Positions 25,376-37,727 of a stretch of DNA of 64,000 nucleotides are shown in pieces. Below the pieces are notes generated by a model, which made no database searches, had not been told where the DNA came from, and was given only the letters and a program-made list of their open reading frames with translations. The stretch comes from Macrostomum lignano (Eukaryota): contig NIVC01002184.1 of assembly GCA_002269645.1 (NCBI GenBank), positions 1-64,000 on the forward strand. Reading direction: 5' to 3'. Numbering within the stretch: the stretch's first letter is position 1; each line of letters opens with the position of its first letter. The translations under genes and the position numbers were made by a program.

Positions 25376-28300
25376 TCATTTTCTTGCGGCGAGAAGCGAG
25401 CTAAGGAATCCCTTTTTCAGCTTCCCGCCCCGCAGAAACTCGTGCTCCAGCAGCTCCTCTGCGGATCTTCTCTTCCTGCAGTCCTTGGCGGTGCAGCGGC
25501 TGTAGAAATCCCTCAGCTCTGCGGACCGGCCGTCCGGCAGGGCGGGGGCGCCCCTCCTGTCGATCAGCTGGGCCATTTCTAACAGGCTTTTAGCGTTCGC
25601 AAATGGCCTTCCACCAGACGCCATCTGGAAGATCAAGCAGCCGAACGCCCAGATGTCCGACTCTCTGCTGTACTGCACGCTGTCCGATTCTCCCGCTCCG
25701 AGCAGCTCTGGCGCCATGAAGTTCAGAGTACCTTTGGGTGACTTAGTGGAGGCTGAGATGTGGCTGACTGACTGCTCCAGCTTGATTGACAAGCCGAAGT
25801 CGATCAGCTTGATTTGCGTGTTGTCAGAACACACAATTATGTTCAAGCAGTTGATGTCTCTGTGGATCACGGGCGGCTGCCGGCTGTGCAGGTAGAGCAG
25901 CGCGCGGCAGATCTGCGAGCGGTCGGTCAGTGAGCAGTCCTCACTCATGGGAACATGGAACAGGAGCATCAAGGATGCACAGTGCTCACCTGCTCGCTGA
26001 AGTCTCGAATAGTCAGCTCGTCTAGCGGCTTGTTGTCGATAAACCTCTCCAAGCTTCGGCCGTCCAGCAGCTCCATGAACACAACGACTGTGGCGAGTTC
26101 TGGCTGAGCGATATGCAAGAACCTGACGATGTTGGGATGCCGCAGTCGGCACAGGTTTCTCTCGCTCTCGATAGCTCTGTGGATCTCTGTGCTCACAGAG
26201 GTTTGGTCATCACCGAGCTGCACAGGCAGTCTGAGAGTCTTGGCAGCGCACGTGACGCCCGTGTCAGTTCGAACTTCGTGGACTTCACCGAAGCCTCCGC
26301 GGCCGATGAGGCGAATGGCATTCCAGCGCTTCAGGAACGGCGGGCCTTCGGGACTGAGGGGATGTGAGTTGAGACAATGAGGGATAATTTTCATGCTGTA
26401 GCTGTGTGCTTTAGCTGTGTGTGCTGTAGCTGTGTGCTTTAGCTGTGTGCTGTAGCTGTGTGTGTTGCAGCTGTGTGTACTGTAGCTGTGTGTTGCAGTT
26501 GTGTGTTGCAGTTGTGTGTTACTGTAGCTGTGTGTTGTAGCTGTGTGTGCTGTAGCTGTGTGCTTTAGCTGTGTGCTGTAGCTGTGTGTGTTGCAGCTGT
26601 GTGTGCTGTAGCTGTGTGTTGCAGTTGTGTGTTACTGTAGCTGTGTGTTGTAGCTGTGTGTGCTGTAGCTGTGTGCTTTAGCTGTGTGCTGTAGCTGTGT
26701 GTGTTGCAGCTGTGTGTACTGTAGCTGTGTGTTGCAGTTGTGTGTTGCAGTTGTGTGTTACTGTAGCTGTGTGTTGTAGCTGTGTGTGCTGTAGCTGTGT
26801 GTGCTGAAGGAACTCACGGCAGTGCCAGAGGCTCGTCGAAGTAAATCTTGCCGTCATACCTAAATAGGCAGTGCGGAGTCTGAAGTCAGGAGAATTCTGG
26901 TGGGAGCCCATATTGTGCTTCATTCAATTTATTCTATTTGTAATCATTTTGCTTTAACTGTCTAGCAGGTGAAACGCCAAATTAATATTCAATTGACAAT
27001 ATGCAGTCAAGCTGCACTGCAAACTCCCTCAATGCAGCTCAGTCAGTCCCTACTGCCCATTTAAACTAATGTTTTGCATAATTTTTATCAATAATAAATC
27101 AAAGTCAGACATTCTCTGTCGCCATGGAAACTCACCCACGCAGCAGCTCAGCCAGTTCGCTCCTTCCCTGCTGTGTGATCAAATCCAGCGCAGTCCTGCC
27201 ATATATGTTCTTCAGGCTCCAATCCGCCCCTGAGTCCAGCAGAACCCGACTGACTGCGGCGGCGGTGGCGGGGGGCGCAAATTTGGCTGCCTCCATGAGG
27301 GGCGTGGATTCCAACTCACTCCTGGCATTGGCGGAGGCTCCGGCAGCCAGCAGAGCGGAGGCTGCGGTAGAATTGCCAGCCATCGCTGCATGGTGCAGGC
27401 AACTGACAGCCCCTATATCCGCACAGGTGGGGTCACCCAGCTGCACAAGCTGCTCCCACAGTGCCTCATCACCGCACGAGCTGTTCTGAGCTGCCCACAT
27501 CAATGCGGTGAGACCCGCTCTGTGAAGCAGGTCGCAGCTGCCGCGGGTCGCCGCTCGCCGCAGCCCCGCCGAGTCGCCTGCCTCGGCCAGCCGCTGCAGT
27601 TCCTGTCGATCCGCCTCCTCCTGCAAAGGCGAGCGGGAAATTTGAGCACAGCTGCTCAGCTGCAGCCGCATCGGCACCAGTCGTGTCTCCCTGCAATAGC
27701 AAAAATGAAAAGCGAATTCGCAATTTTCCCAAATCCGACAACTGCGATCGCCAATAGAAATTTTAAGTTGTACGACATAATTTTCATCATAAGTTTAGTG
27801 AACAGAAATTCCTAATTATCTGAGCTGCTCGCAGATGGAGTTTCCAAGAGGACTGCAGCAGCTCTGCAACAATCAGCATTGGCGAGATCGCATCCGACTT
27901 GAGTTTCCCTCCATCTCACAATGTCTCACTAAGCACTCACGCACAGCCTCGCAGTTCTCCATCTGCAGCTCAACCCACATACTCTCACTGCAAACCAAGG
28001 ACCTACAGCATCCATTCTCATTTGAGATCAACCGGCACCCCATTGGCTGGGAGGCAGCCAGCCAATCACAGCTCTTGCCCATCAGGCAGTCAGCCAGAGA
28101 CAAGCTCAGCTGACTGGCTCTGATTGGCTGGCCGGAGACTGCAGCTCTGGCCACCCCAGCTGAATGCTGCAAAACTTGATGGACACAGCAGCGAACTGCT
28201 CACTCACCGCTCGATGTAGCTGGCCAGCTCTGAGTGGCCGCTGAGCCTCGCCGATTCCGACGCCGTCCGACCCTCGGGATTCTTCAGTCCGAGCAGCCGC

Positions 28301-29046
28301 GACCTCTTCGAGTTTCCGTGCTTGTCGCACTCATTGAACCTATACTGCCTGAGCAGGTGCAGCAGGTGCTTGGCGCATTTCCAGCTTCCAGTCCGCGCCG
28401 CCTCCATTAGCGGAGTGGCGCCGTTGTCGTTCCGCAGCCACTTCGCATCGAACGACAGCAGCGTCAGCACCCGCAGGTGGTCCCGCCGGGCTGCCAGGTG
28501 CGCAGCCGTGTCGCCGTTCGCGTCAGCTGCCCTTGGGTTCGCGCCCAGCTCAAATAAGTACAAGATGCACTTTTCAGTCTGCACGGGAGTCTCAGAAGCG
28601 TCGGCAACATGCATGAGGACGGTCCGACGAACTTCATCAGCGCTAGTGACCAGCTGGCGCGTTGCCAGCCGCCGCACCTGGCCGAAGTCACCTTGAATAA
28701 CGTCGTGGGCGAGAGTCCGGAGATCAGCTGCTGAGTTTCCGACGCTTGCCCGGTTGCTGGGGTCCGGCTGAGTGAGTTCCTGCAACTGCAATTGAGGCAC
28801 ACAAGCTGCACATTCAAACATGTGAGTGAGTTCCTGCAACTGCAATTGAGGCACACAAGCTGCACATTCAAACATATGAGTGAGTTCCTGCAACTGCAAT
28901 TGAGGCACACAAGCTGCACATTCAAACATATGAGTGAGTTCCTGCAACTGCAATCGAGCCTACAAATGTTCAATATGCTTCAATTTGCTCACTTTAATTT
29001 TACTCACTCTTTCGTCAGGAAATGGTGTTGGCGATTGCTCTGTCAT
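25376..29046 (-). CDS. Ankyrin-repeat + STE11/MAP3K-like protein kinase
   Basis: Exons 29046-29008, 28779-28208, 27690-27136, 26859-26818, 26395-25990 and 25912-25376 join in frame. ANK motifs GDTAAHLAA, GATPLMEAA, GLTALMWAA, ESTPLMEAA, GRTALDL. Kinase motifs GRGGFG, AAKT, HPNIV, HRDINCLN, DFG, GTLNFMAPE, SDIWAFG. The exon choice between 28208 and 27690 is the least certain. Confidence 0.8.
26396..26805. repeat. Compound (GCTGTGTGT/GTA)-type microsatellite filling a kinase-gene intron
   Basis: About 13-15 bp units such as GCTGTGTGTGCTGTA, with larger block repeats. Confidence 0.9.
28769..28952. repeat. 54-bp tandem repeat overlapping a splice acceptor
   Basis: TGAGTGAGTTCCTGCAACTGCAAT starts at 28769, 28823, 28877 and 28931. 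Confidence 0.95.
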
Positions 29047-31324
29047 GACTGGAAGCTCAGTCGCAGGTGTCTCAGCTTAGCCCGAGAGTCCGGCAGGGCA
29101 GTGGCCGCCTCTGCAGCAGGTTTTATTGGCCCTGGAGCAGCTGCAGCGAATTCCTTCTCACCCGGCCTGCTCAGATTGCGGCTGCTTTTGCTGGCTCGTG
29201 CGGCCGCCTCTGCCCAGGTTTCTGCCTCTCCCATTGGCTCTGAGGGAACAGCAGAACTGCTGCAATATCAGTGCGTGGCTACTTAAAGCAGTCAGTGTGC
29301 CACTGCGGATTTCCTTGCAAAATTGATGCAATTAAAATGCCAAATATGAATGATAATTTTGTATTTAGACCAACTCCATTTATCGATCGTGAATTGCTAA
29401 TTGGAAAATAATTTTTTTGCGATGAAGCCAGATCAGTGCAAACATAAACAGCTTGAGCACATTATTGTTCATTGAGTGCTCTGCTCAGGCTCAACTACAA
29501 GACTTGGACTCTGCTACTCAACAGTAGTCAGTAAGTGCTTTCGCAAGCTCAAAGCTGTCACTTCAGCTAGAAATTTCACACTGAAAAAAAGTGCTGCAAG
29601 TTGCAACTGCACTGGCAGGAAAGTTCACAAGTTCGACAAAATGAAATCTTTGCGGTGCCACTTGATAAGGGTGTGGAAATTTTTCCCTGAAATACGAAAA
29701 ATTCCTTCAAAGTTTTTGGATTTCTATAAAGATGAAAGAAACTTCATTTTACAATTCAACATCATATCAGAATCCCATTGTCAGCTTTCAGGTGCACTGC
29801 AGTCTCGTATATCCCCCCCCCAGGTATTCAAAATCGGATTCTCCGCCTCAATGGGGCAGATATTTTGCTGTCAAAAATTGTTAGAGCTGCTGTGAAGCAG
29901 AGGGTAGAGGCTGGAAGACTGCAATTTCCGGTAAATTTCAGTCGATTTGAACAAACTGGGATGCAGAGGGGAGCTCCGGCTGCTGAGTTACTCATGCTCA
30001 GTGGAGGGCAGGTCAGGGTGCACTCCAATGAAGACTGAAAATGCGCTGTCTTTTATTAAGTCGCGAGTTGAGCTTTATTCCCGCGAATGAGTTCTACGAG
30101 TATTAGACTGAATATCAAACAATTTAAACAGATAAACAAGGAAGCTAGGAAGTTTTTCCACTCGAGTCTGGCCGAGACGGGCAGCGCAGACTCTCAGATA
30201 GACTCTCGCAATCAATGGGGTGGGAAAAGGAAAGGAGGGTCAGCGAGTGAAACCAGCTGGTGAGAAACCAAAACGGGGGGGGCGTATTTTCAAGCCATTT
30301 CCTGAAAAGTTCCTCAGTTTCAGGAAAGAGCAGCTGAAGCTGCGGCTGAGCGACCCGAGTTGCTGTCAAAACTCTCGAAGGCTTGCCGAATTACAGTTGC
30401 TATGAAGACGGATCTACTTTGCCGAAGAAGTTGGTATTTTTGTACCGAATTATCTGAATTGAGGAATTCCCTGCGTAAAATCCGCAGGGTGTCGCTGCAA
30501 ATATCACAAATTCGCGGAGAAGAAAAGTAATATCTGGATCGCAAAATGGTCAGTGCTCTCTCACTCAGAATATACGAAGAACATGGCCTGCACCACTATG
30601 CTGGAGTTGCGTATTAAGGGTGGCTGACTGGTTTTTTTATGTACAAGGCTTCTAAGATCTTGAGCTTGTGATCCGATGGGGCATTGATCAATGATTTTAA
30701 AGTGTTCTTCACGTGTGCAATTGAAGCAACTGTTGCATTCAGAGGATGTCCATAGAAAGGGAGAATGCGTGTTGATTCACACAAGTCAATGTGATTAAGT
30801 TTGGTGGTAACTTTTTGTCCAAATGCTGGATCTGAAAGCTTAAAAAATAAGGAATGAGTAGGAATGAGGGCGTCACAGAAGTTTTGGGTGCTTATACCAG
30901 GAATTCAATGTTGCTGTACAAGAGCACTACTTGAGCGGCGTTCAGGGACGCTTTCAGGAGAGAAACTTGAAGATAGCGAAGATCTATAGCCTCGCTTTGC
31001 TCCAGCAACAGGGTATTTCTGGATTTGCGAGACTAGAGATGAGCGATACCATATTCCTACTCCTAGCGACCCACGCGATAAAGCGATGTTTAATAATTAA
31101 GATTAACTGTTCCAGTTTTACGCTCGTAGTTATTTGATGACGAATTTAGGAGGCTGTTTAATAGAAACATTGTGTTGTGTCGTCTAGAAGCTGTAAAACA
31201 AAAAATGAAATCTAAGCAGCATAAAATACAACTCGCTTGCAATTGTCAAAAATGCTTGCTTGGGTCAACTTAAATAATTAAAAATTACCTATAAAAGAGT
31301 AAAAGTGCTGCATGTAATACAGCT

Positions 31325-34300
31325 TCAGGTAATAACTGCCTGCTTCCTCAGAGACTTGGGAGGGTCGAACCGACCAGCCAGGAACACCAGAGATTCGTCA
31401 AACGACATCTGGCGCATTGTGTAGCGCTGAACGCCCAGCAGTTTTGTGTTGTTGGCGAGCCACCCGAGGACGTTCAACACGCCGCCAGTAGCAGACTTTG
31501 GCACGCAGATCTGCACGCATTGGCCCCAGTCGTTCAGCACAGACGTGCCCTCAAAGATCACAGCAAGCGAGCCCTTCAAGTTTTGCTTGTTTTGTTGCAG
31601 CTTTGCCAGGCCGACTCTTTCCATGGTCAGTTCCAGGGTGTAGGCTTCGTCAAACCTAGGGGAATTATGGTTAAAACCAAAATGTAATAAATATTTTACT
31701 GCCAACACATGAAGTTTAAATGCACGTGTGAAATGACGCATTGAAGCGAGCCAAAAACTCTAGCGTAAGAGAATTTGTCACTTACAGGGAGCTTAAACTT
31801 TGCACAGTGTTGAGGGCAATCATCCGGCCTCGGTTTAATACGCCAACCCGGTCGCAGAGGGCATCAGCCTGTTCCAGTCTGCGAGTGGAAAGAAGCACAG
31901 CTCGACTCTGATTTCTTAAAGCAACAACGGCGCCTCGGATGAGGCCGCGAGCCTTCGGATCCACGCCGGCTGTGGCCTCGTCGATGACGACCAGTGCCGG
32001 GTTGCCCAGCAGGGCTATTGCTAAGCAAAGCCGGCGCTTCTCTCCAATAGACAGCTGGTTAGTGCGGCTGTGCTGCCTGTTCAGCAGGCCCAGGCTGCTC
32101 ATCAAACTGATCGACTGTCTTTCGGCTAGAGCACTTGGGACGCCTAAAATTCTGGCGTACAGAATCAGGTGCTCTGACATGGTTATGCTGTCATAGAGGG
32201 GACAGTACTGTGGGCAGTAGCCCACGGCGCCCAGCGGTACACTCGTCGAATTCAGCTGCCAGTTAGCGTTGCGGGATCGAACACCAAAGGTACCCTCCGT
32301 TGGCTTTTCTTTGCCGACAATAACAGATAGTAAGCTTGACTTCCCGGCGCCGCTGGACCCCAGCAGACCCAGAATTTCGCCAGTCATGACCCCAAAGGTG
32401 ACGCCTCTCACGGCTTCCACTCCGTTGGGATAGGTCTTTCTCAGTTTGGCAATCTCCAGTACGTTATCTCGATTCCTCAACGATTTCAACAGACGTTTTT
32501 CTTCGGTGTCCACGCTAGAATTTTTTGGCGCGTCAATGTCCAGGTCGTTGTAGTTTCCAGTTTTGCTGAATTTGTAATGGATGACGTCCCATTTTCTAAT
32601 CAAAATCATAATCCGGGATAGAATTATCAAATGGACAAGCATTGCCGCGATTGAAAGAAGATAAAAAATGTTGTTGCTCCAGACGTCGACATAAACGTTT
32701 GAGATGTCGGAGATGCTCTTCAGGTGATAGTACTCGAGCTTGTAGATTACCTGGATCATTCCAAAATAGGCCGTAGAAAACGGGGCCACGGAGGGCAGCA
32801 AGAAAATAAGAAGGGCAAAAAGTGGAATGCCCTGCAAGTGCATGGTTACTAAAATCCATTGCATCAACAGCGTGAAGATTTGATAGCATACCGTAGTGAC
32901 AGCTAATGATGAGGTTGACAAAGAAGCGATGACGTAAGCTGTCAGTTGATTCGATGCTGTGCCAAAAAGCAACACAGGCAGATATACATTTAATAGATAG
33001 AACAGACTCCTGTAGCGTTCCCAAATAATTGGCACCGAAGCCGCGATCGAAAAGCAAATTGCGTATTGGAACCAGTGCACAAAGAACGTATGGGCCCAAT
33101 ATGACCAGCGACTCATACCCGTTGCTAAGAATTGCAGCTGCACATTGCTAGTAATATCTTCGACAACATCTCTGATGAAAGAGGCCGAGAATAGACAGAA
33201 GAAAGCAAAGAGAAGAAGAATCTCAATATTAAAGTAACCGTATTGACTGAATGGCAGAAGATTTGATAGCGCAGTGGTATTTTTCACATCTCCAGCTCCG
33301 AAAAATTGTGAAATCTTTGCGAATCCTCTTCGCAACGCGTGAGACGTATCATCTACGGAGTTGGCATCCAAGAAGACGCCAATGGAAATCGAGCGCTGAT
33401 TATTGGGAAAACTCTGATTCCATACCGTTGAATAGTACACTATGCACGGCGGCATCACGTCTTCGATTCCCTTGCATCCTTGTCTTAACTGACGTATCGT
33501 GCTTGGTTGTTGCAAGAATTTTTTCATCGACTCAGTTTTTGGCTTCAATATAATTCGAGGCTTCACTAAAGTCTTTTCCATCAGCTGAAGTTTTCTGCAA
33601 AATTCTGTATCGTAAGTTTCAACTATTTCGCTGTCGCGCATGCACACTATTCTTAGGTTCGTTGCTTTTGAATACGTTTGAGACTTTACGCCAAAGAGTC
33701 CACTGTAGGTGTCCGTCTCCTGCATTTCCTTGACTGAATCAATCTTCGGCTGAGAGTTGTAGGCGCTCATCATTAATGGACACCAGACGCTCAAGCTCAA
33801 TAGGAAGATTAGAGGCAGTACAATTCGGCCAACAATTTGCCAGGCACTTCTCAACTGACGCTTCATATTGATAATAAAAATCCCACCAAATCTTCTTATT
33901 GAGGACGGTGATACACTCGATGCGCTCGTCTGCGATTGGCTCAGATCCGGATTGGTGCTGCTCATGTCGTTGTAGATGTCTTCCAGATATTCTGACAATT
34001 TTCCAGAGCGAAGATGTTGCGAAAATTCTGAAATTGTCATACCATCGAGCTTTTTGAAGACATCACCAATGGTGGTTTGTGAGACGCTGAATGATGCAAC
34101 AATATCTTTGCTGTTCTCCAGCTTTTTTACCACCTCATCCAGCATGCGAAGGGACCCGGAGTCCTTCACCTCAAGCTGAACTTCGACGCTTTTTCTTTGT
34201 TTGAGTCGCGTTTGAGGAAGTTCCATTAGCAATCTACTAAAATCCTTTTCTCGCTTTAACTTGACGTTCAAGGTTGCCCTACATCCGAATAGCCGCTGTA

Positions 34301-36643
34301 AAAACTGTGAGGTGCCGGCACAGACGAGGTCCCCATCGCACAATATCATTTTCCTGTCGGCAAGAAGATCCGCTTCGTGCATGGACTCAGTGCACACGAC
34401 TATCGATCGGCCCTGTTTTTCCTCTTGCAGCAGTCCCCACAGTTGTAGAGCGGATATTGGATCCAAACCGTTGGTGGGCTCGTCTAGAAACACGACGTCG
34501 GGATCGGCCAATAGAGCAATGACTGTGCTGAGCTTTCTTTTCTGACTGGCACTCAGTTCCCTTGTCTTGGCGGTTTCGATGCCTCGAACTTGCAGCTGTT
34601 CAAGCATAACTCGCGCCCTGTCCAGCTCGCTCGGAAAGTTTGCTCCCCTGCTGATCAGCGCTGCTTCGATGCACTCCATTGAGGTCAGCGAGCCACACAG
34701 CGAGTCAATCTGAGGGCAGACGCTGAAGACCCCCCTGGCCGCCAGCCGCTCCAACGGATCTGTCACTCTGAAGCCGGCTACGTAGGCGGTGCCGCTCGTC
34801 GGCTGCTCATCTCCAGTGAGAATCTTCAACATGGTTGACTTTCCGGAGGTGCTGTGGCCAACCAGAGCCGTAACTTGGTCCCGGTACACCAGGCCTGCAA
34901 TGGCATATTAAGCTTAGGTTTTACCTTGATCAATGACTTGCTGCAACCAACAAAGCAGCGAAATTTTACAGACATAGGTATTCCTATCGATATAGTTATA
35001 GCAAATTTCCTCAATGCACCCAATCCTTGTCCTGCCTACCCATATTAGAGGCAAAGGCAGTGCACGTACATGACATTCTGTGCAGAACTTCAGGACCAAG
35101 CCAGCAGCCGCAGCAGTTGTCGTATGACTTGCTAATCCTATCAGCGATGATAGATACAGAAAGACCGGTCACAACTTCAACGGCGGGATCTTCAACCACT
35201 TTGTTTGACAGGTGCACTCTGTCATCGTCTTTTGCCTTTTCTGGAAACCAGAATCTGCAAGTCAGAGGATAATACCATGGCAGATTGAGACCGTTGCCAG
35301 AATTCAACAAACCGTCAAGGTATGTAACCAGCAGGGAGAAAAACAGCACTGTGCCAGAAATTGATAAAAGCACGGATAGATGGGGAGAACTTTAGTTTGC
35401 AATTGGATCCTTGCCGGTCAGCCTGTGCCTGATGTCCGCACTCATGTGAGTGAAAATGTAGCTCTTGGTGTGCATTGGTGGAAAGAGGAACGGTAAAAAC
35501 GTCCCTGCTGTCTTCATCGCCGAATAGTATGAAAATCTGTCCGAAGGAGACCAGCAGGGTTATCATCAATGCGGCAAGTGCAGACGGAACCAAGAGTTCA
35601 ACAGTAAATATAATGCCAGCCCACACGAGACAGTAGAGGTTAAGGACTAGAAATACGCAGAGAACGTTTTTAGCGGGATAAATTCCCGGACATTGAAGCA
35701 CATAGGACATGACAAAAAATCCAGAAAAGACCAAGCATTCTACTAAAGTAATCAGCCAGATGACTGTCCAGTAGCTTGTCACAGACAGGCCGCTTAGAAA
35801 GAGCTGCTTTAGAAAGCCGTTCTGCTTGATGGCTCTCATGCGAAAAGCAGTCGCGACCAGAAAGTACAAGGCGATGCCAATTGTAGACAGAGATAACGAA
35901 GCCTCAATGTAGACTTCAAGGTTATCATCAAATACGGGCAAGCCTTTAATTATCCACTCGGAACATTTTGATCTTTTTAATTCCACATCATTGATGATTT
36001 TGTCATCGTTGTTGTTAAAATCTTTGAAATCCTTCAGGGTGAAAAACTGAACATCGTTGAATTCACTGTTTTCCGTGCCATTGGCACTAAAAATGGCTTG
36101 AACCATCAATTGGTAAGTAAAGACACACCTGAGGCTCGAATCTTTCACCCATAAACACTCCGATATGGCCCTAGTGACGTTGGAATTCTTGGAAAACCGG
36201 ATGTAAGCGCTGGTCTGTTCTCTTTCGGAAATTAAGCCCTCTCTGCACTTGCTCTCCGGTGTGCAGTCCACGAGCCAACCAGTAGTACCGCCTCGATCTT
36301 TGGCGATTCTCTCCAAGGCCGCGACCTCAGCTGGGAAGCTTTTCCGGTCAACTAAAACTCGTTTCTTTTCAGCAGTAAATTCCGATGTAGTGTAGATCCT
36401 GAGATTTTCCTTATAGCTTTCAGTGATCGGTTTGATAAGCATCGGCAGGTACATGTTGGATAGAAGCAACGATACCGGTAGTATAAGAAGCAGAAACCAC
36501 CAGGTTTTCAGCTTCAGCATTAACAAAAATAAGTAACCAAACTGCGAACATGCCGATGACTTGTAGTAGGAGCTGAAGCTCTCTACTGACGCGGCGTCGT
36601 CCTCCACTATTTGTTGTTCCGTTTTTTCTCCTTGTTTTTTCAT
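31325..36643 (-). CDS. Full-size ABCA-subfamily ABC transporter, 3 exons, with a frameshift and stop near 35390-35520
   Basis: TMD1-NBD1-TMD2-NBD2. Exons 36643-35070, 34894-31786 and 31655-31325 (introns 34895-35069 and 31656-31785, phases compatible). NBD1: GHSTSGKST, CPQ, LSASQKRKL, FLDEPT. NBD2: GSSGAGKSS, YCPQ, LSIGEKRRL, IDEATAGVDP. Confidence 0.85.
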
Positions 36644-37361
36644 TGTCGGCAGCTATAGGAATAATTCATTTGTCGATCACATAAATTTATATGCAAAAGT
36701 TATGCGTAGTTAGTTAACAACGAAAAGACAAATGGATGCTAAGCCATAGACAATGGATTGATAATCTTGCCATGCACCTATCTATTTTTCTATCCCAAAC
36801 ACCAAGTAACCAGTACTTCTGAATACAAAGTCAGCAAATATGATGGGGATGCCAAAACGGACCCGCGAACCGTTGGGGGCAGCAAGGAGAGATCGTTGGC
36901 ATACTCCCTCTAAGCTGCTTCTCCGGTCGACGTCAACCCACGAGTAGCCGCAGCAGGTGTGCACGCGTTAGTAGTTGTGGCTGTGGCTAATGCTATTGAG
37001 TGTAGGGGCAAATTATATATTGTGAAAAGTAAAAAAATCAATCAGTACTGTCAGCCTGTCACCAGCATGAATGCAGTGACATAGCAAATTGAGTGGAAGA
37101 AAGCTAAATACAAAATATTTCTCGTGTCTTACGAGCGATAAGCCTTCACTCAAGATATAGCCTCATAAAAATTTAGGAATAATTCCTCGTTTCCTCAAGT
37201 CAACGGTCACGGTTGGTCAAAGTACATGTCAACCATTGCGAATCTACGTTGCCTAAGCGTTTGGCAAATACATGTAGATCTCTAATATACAGGAAGCGTA
37301 ATAATACCCGAAAAGCAGGAATTTTGCCCAAAGATCTTATATAGACCTATGATTTAGCCTC

Positions 37362-37727
37362 AGGGGGCCGTAGCCCAGCGGTAGCGCAGCTGCTCTGGTG
37401 TGCCAGTGACCCAGGTTCGATTCCAAGTGCAGTCACATTAATTTGGGGCTGAATTGGAATGTCGGCTTGGCTCTGCTCGTGCAATTAACGGCCTTGAGGC
37501 CAACCCCCCAAGGCACAGTGAAGTGTACATGCCTAACGATAAAATAAAGTTAGGGCCGCTGTACACTCCTGTGTGAGTGTGTGCCTGCATACGTATCCGC
37601 GCGCTTGTATGCCTGCTCAGGGGAGTCGGCGGAATGGGCAGTAATGCCTCTCGCCGGTTGTGTGCCTATGTCGCTTAAAGTGCAGTGCGCCAGGGTGTAC
37701 ACAACCCCCCTGCCTCTAATAAAAAAA
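37362..37727 (+). mobile_element. tRNA-derived SINE
   Basis: A box TAGCCCAGCGG (37371), B box GGTTCGATTCC (37414), A-rich tail, and 13-bp TSD ATGATTTAGCCTC at 37349-37361 and 37728-37740. Confidence 0.9.

Noticed and set aside
27873-28172. Extra Cys-rich exon of the ANK-kinase gene
   Set aside because: Its donor phase is incompatible with the next acceptor, and the gene is in frame without it.
30150-30530. Coding-like + frame (PQFQERAAEAAAERPELLSK...)
   Set aside because: Interrupted by stops, no recognisable motif, no clear splice sites.
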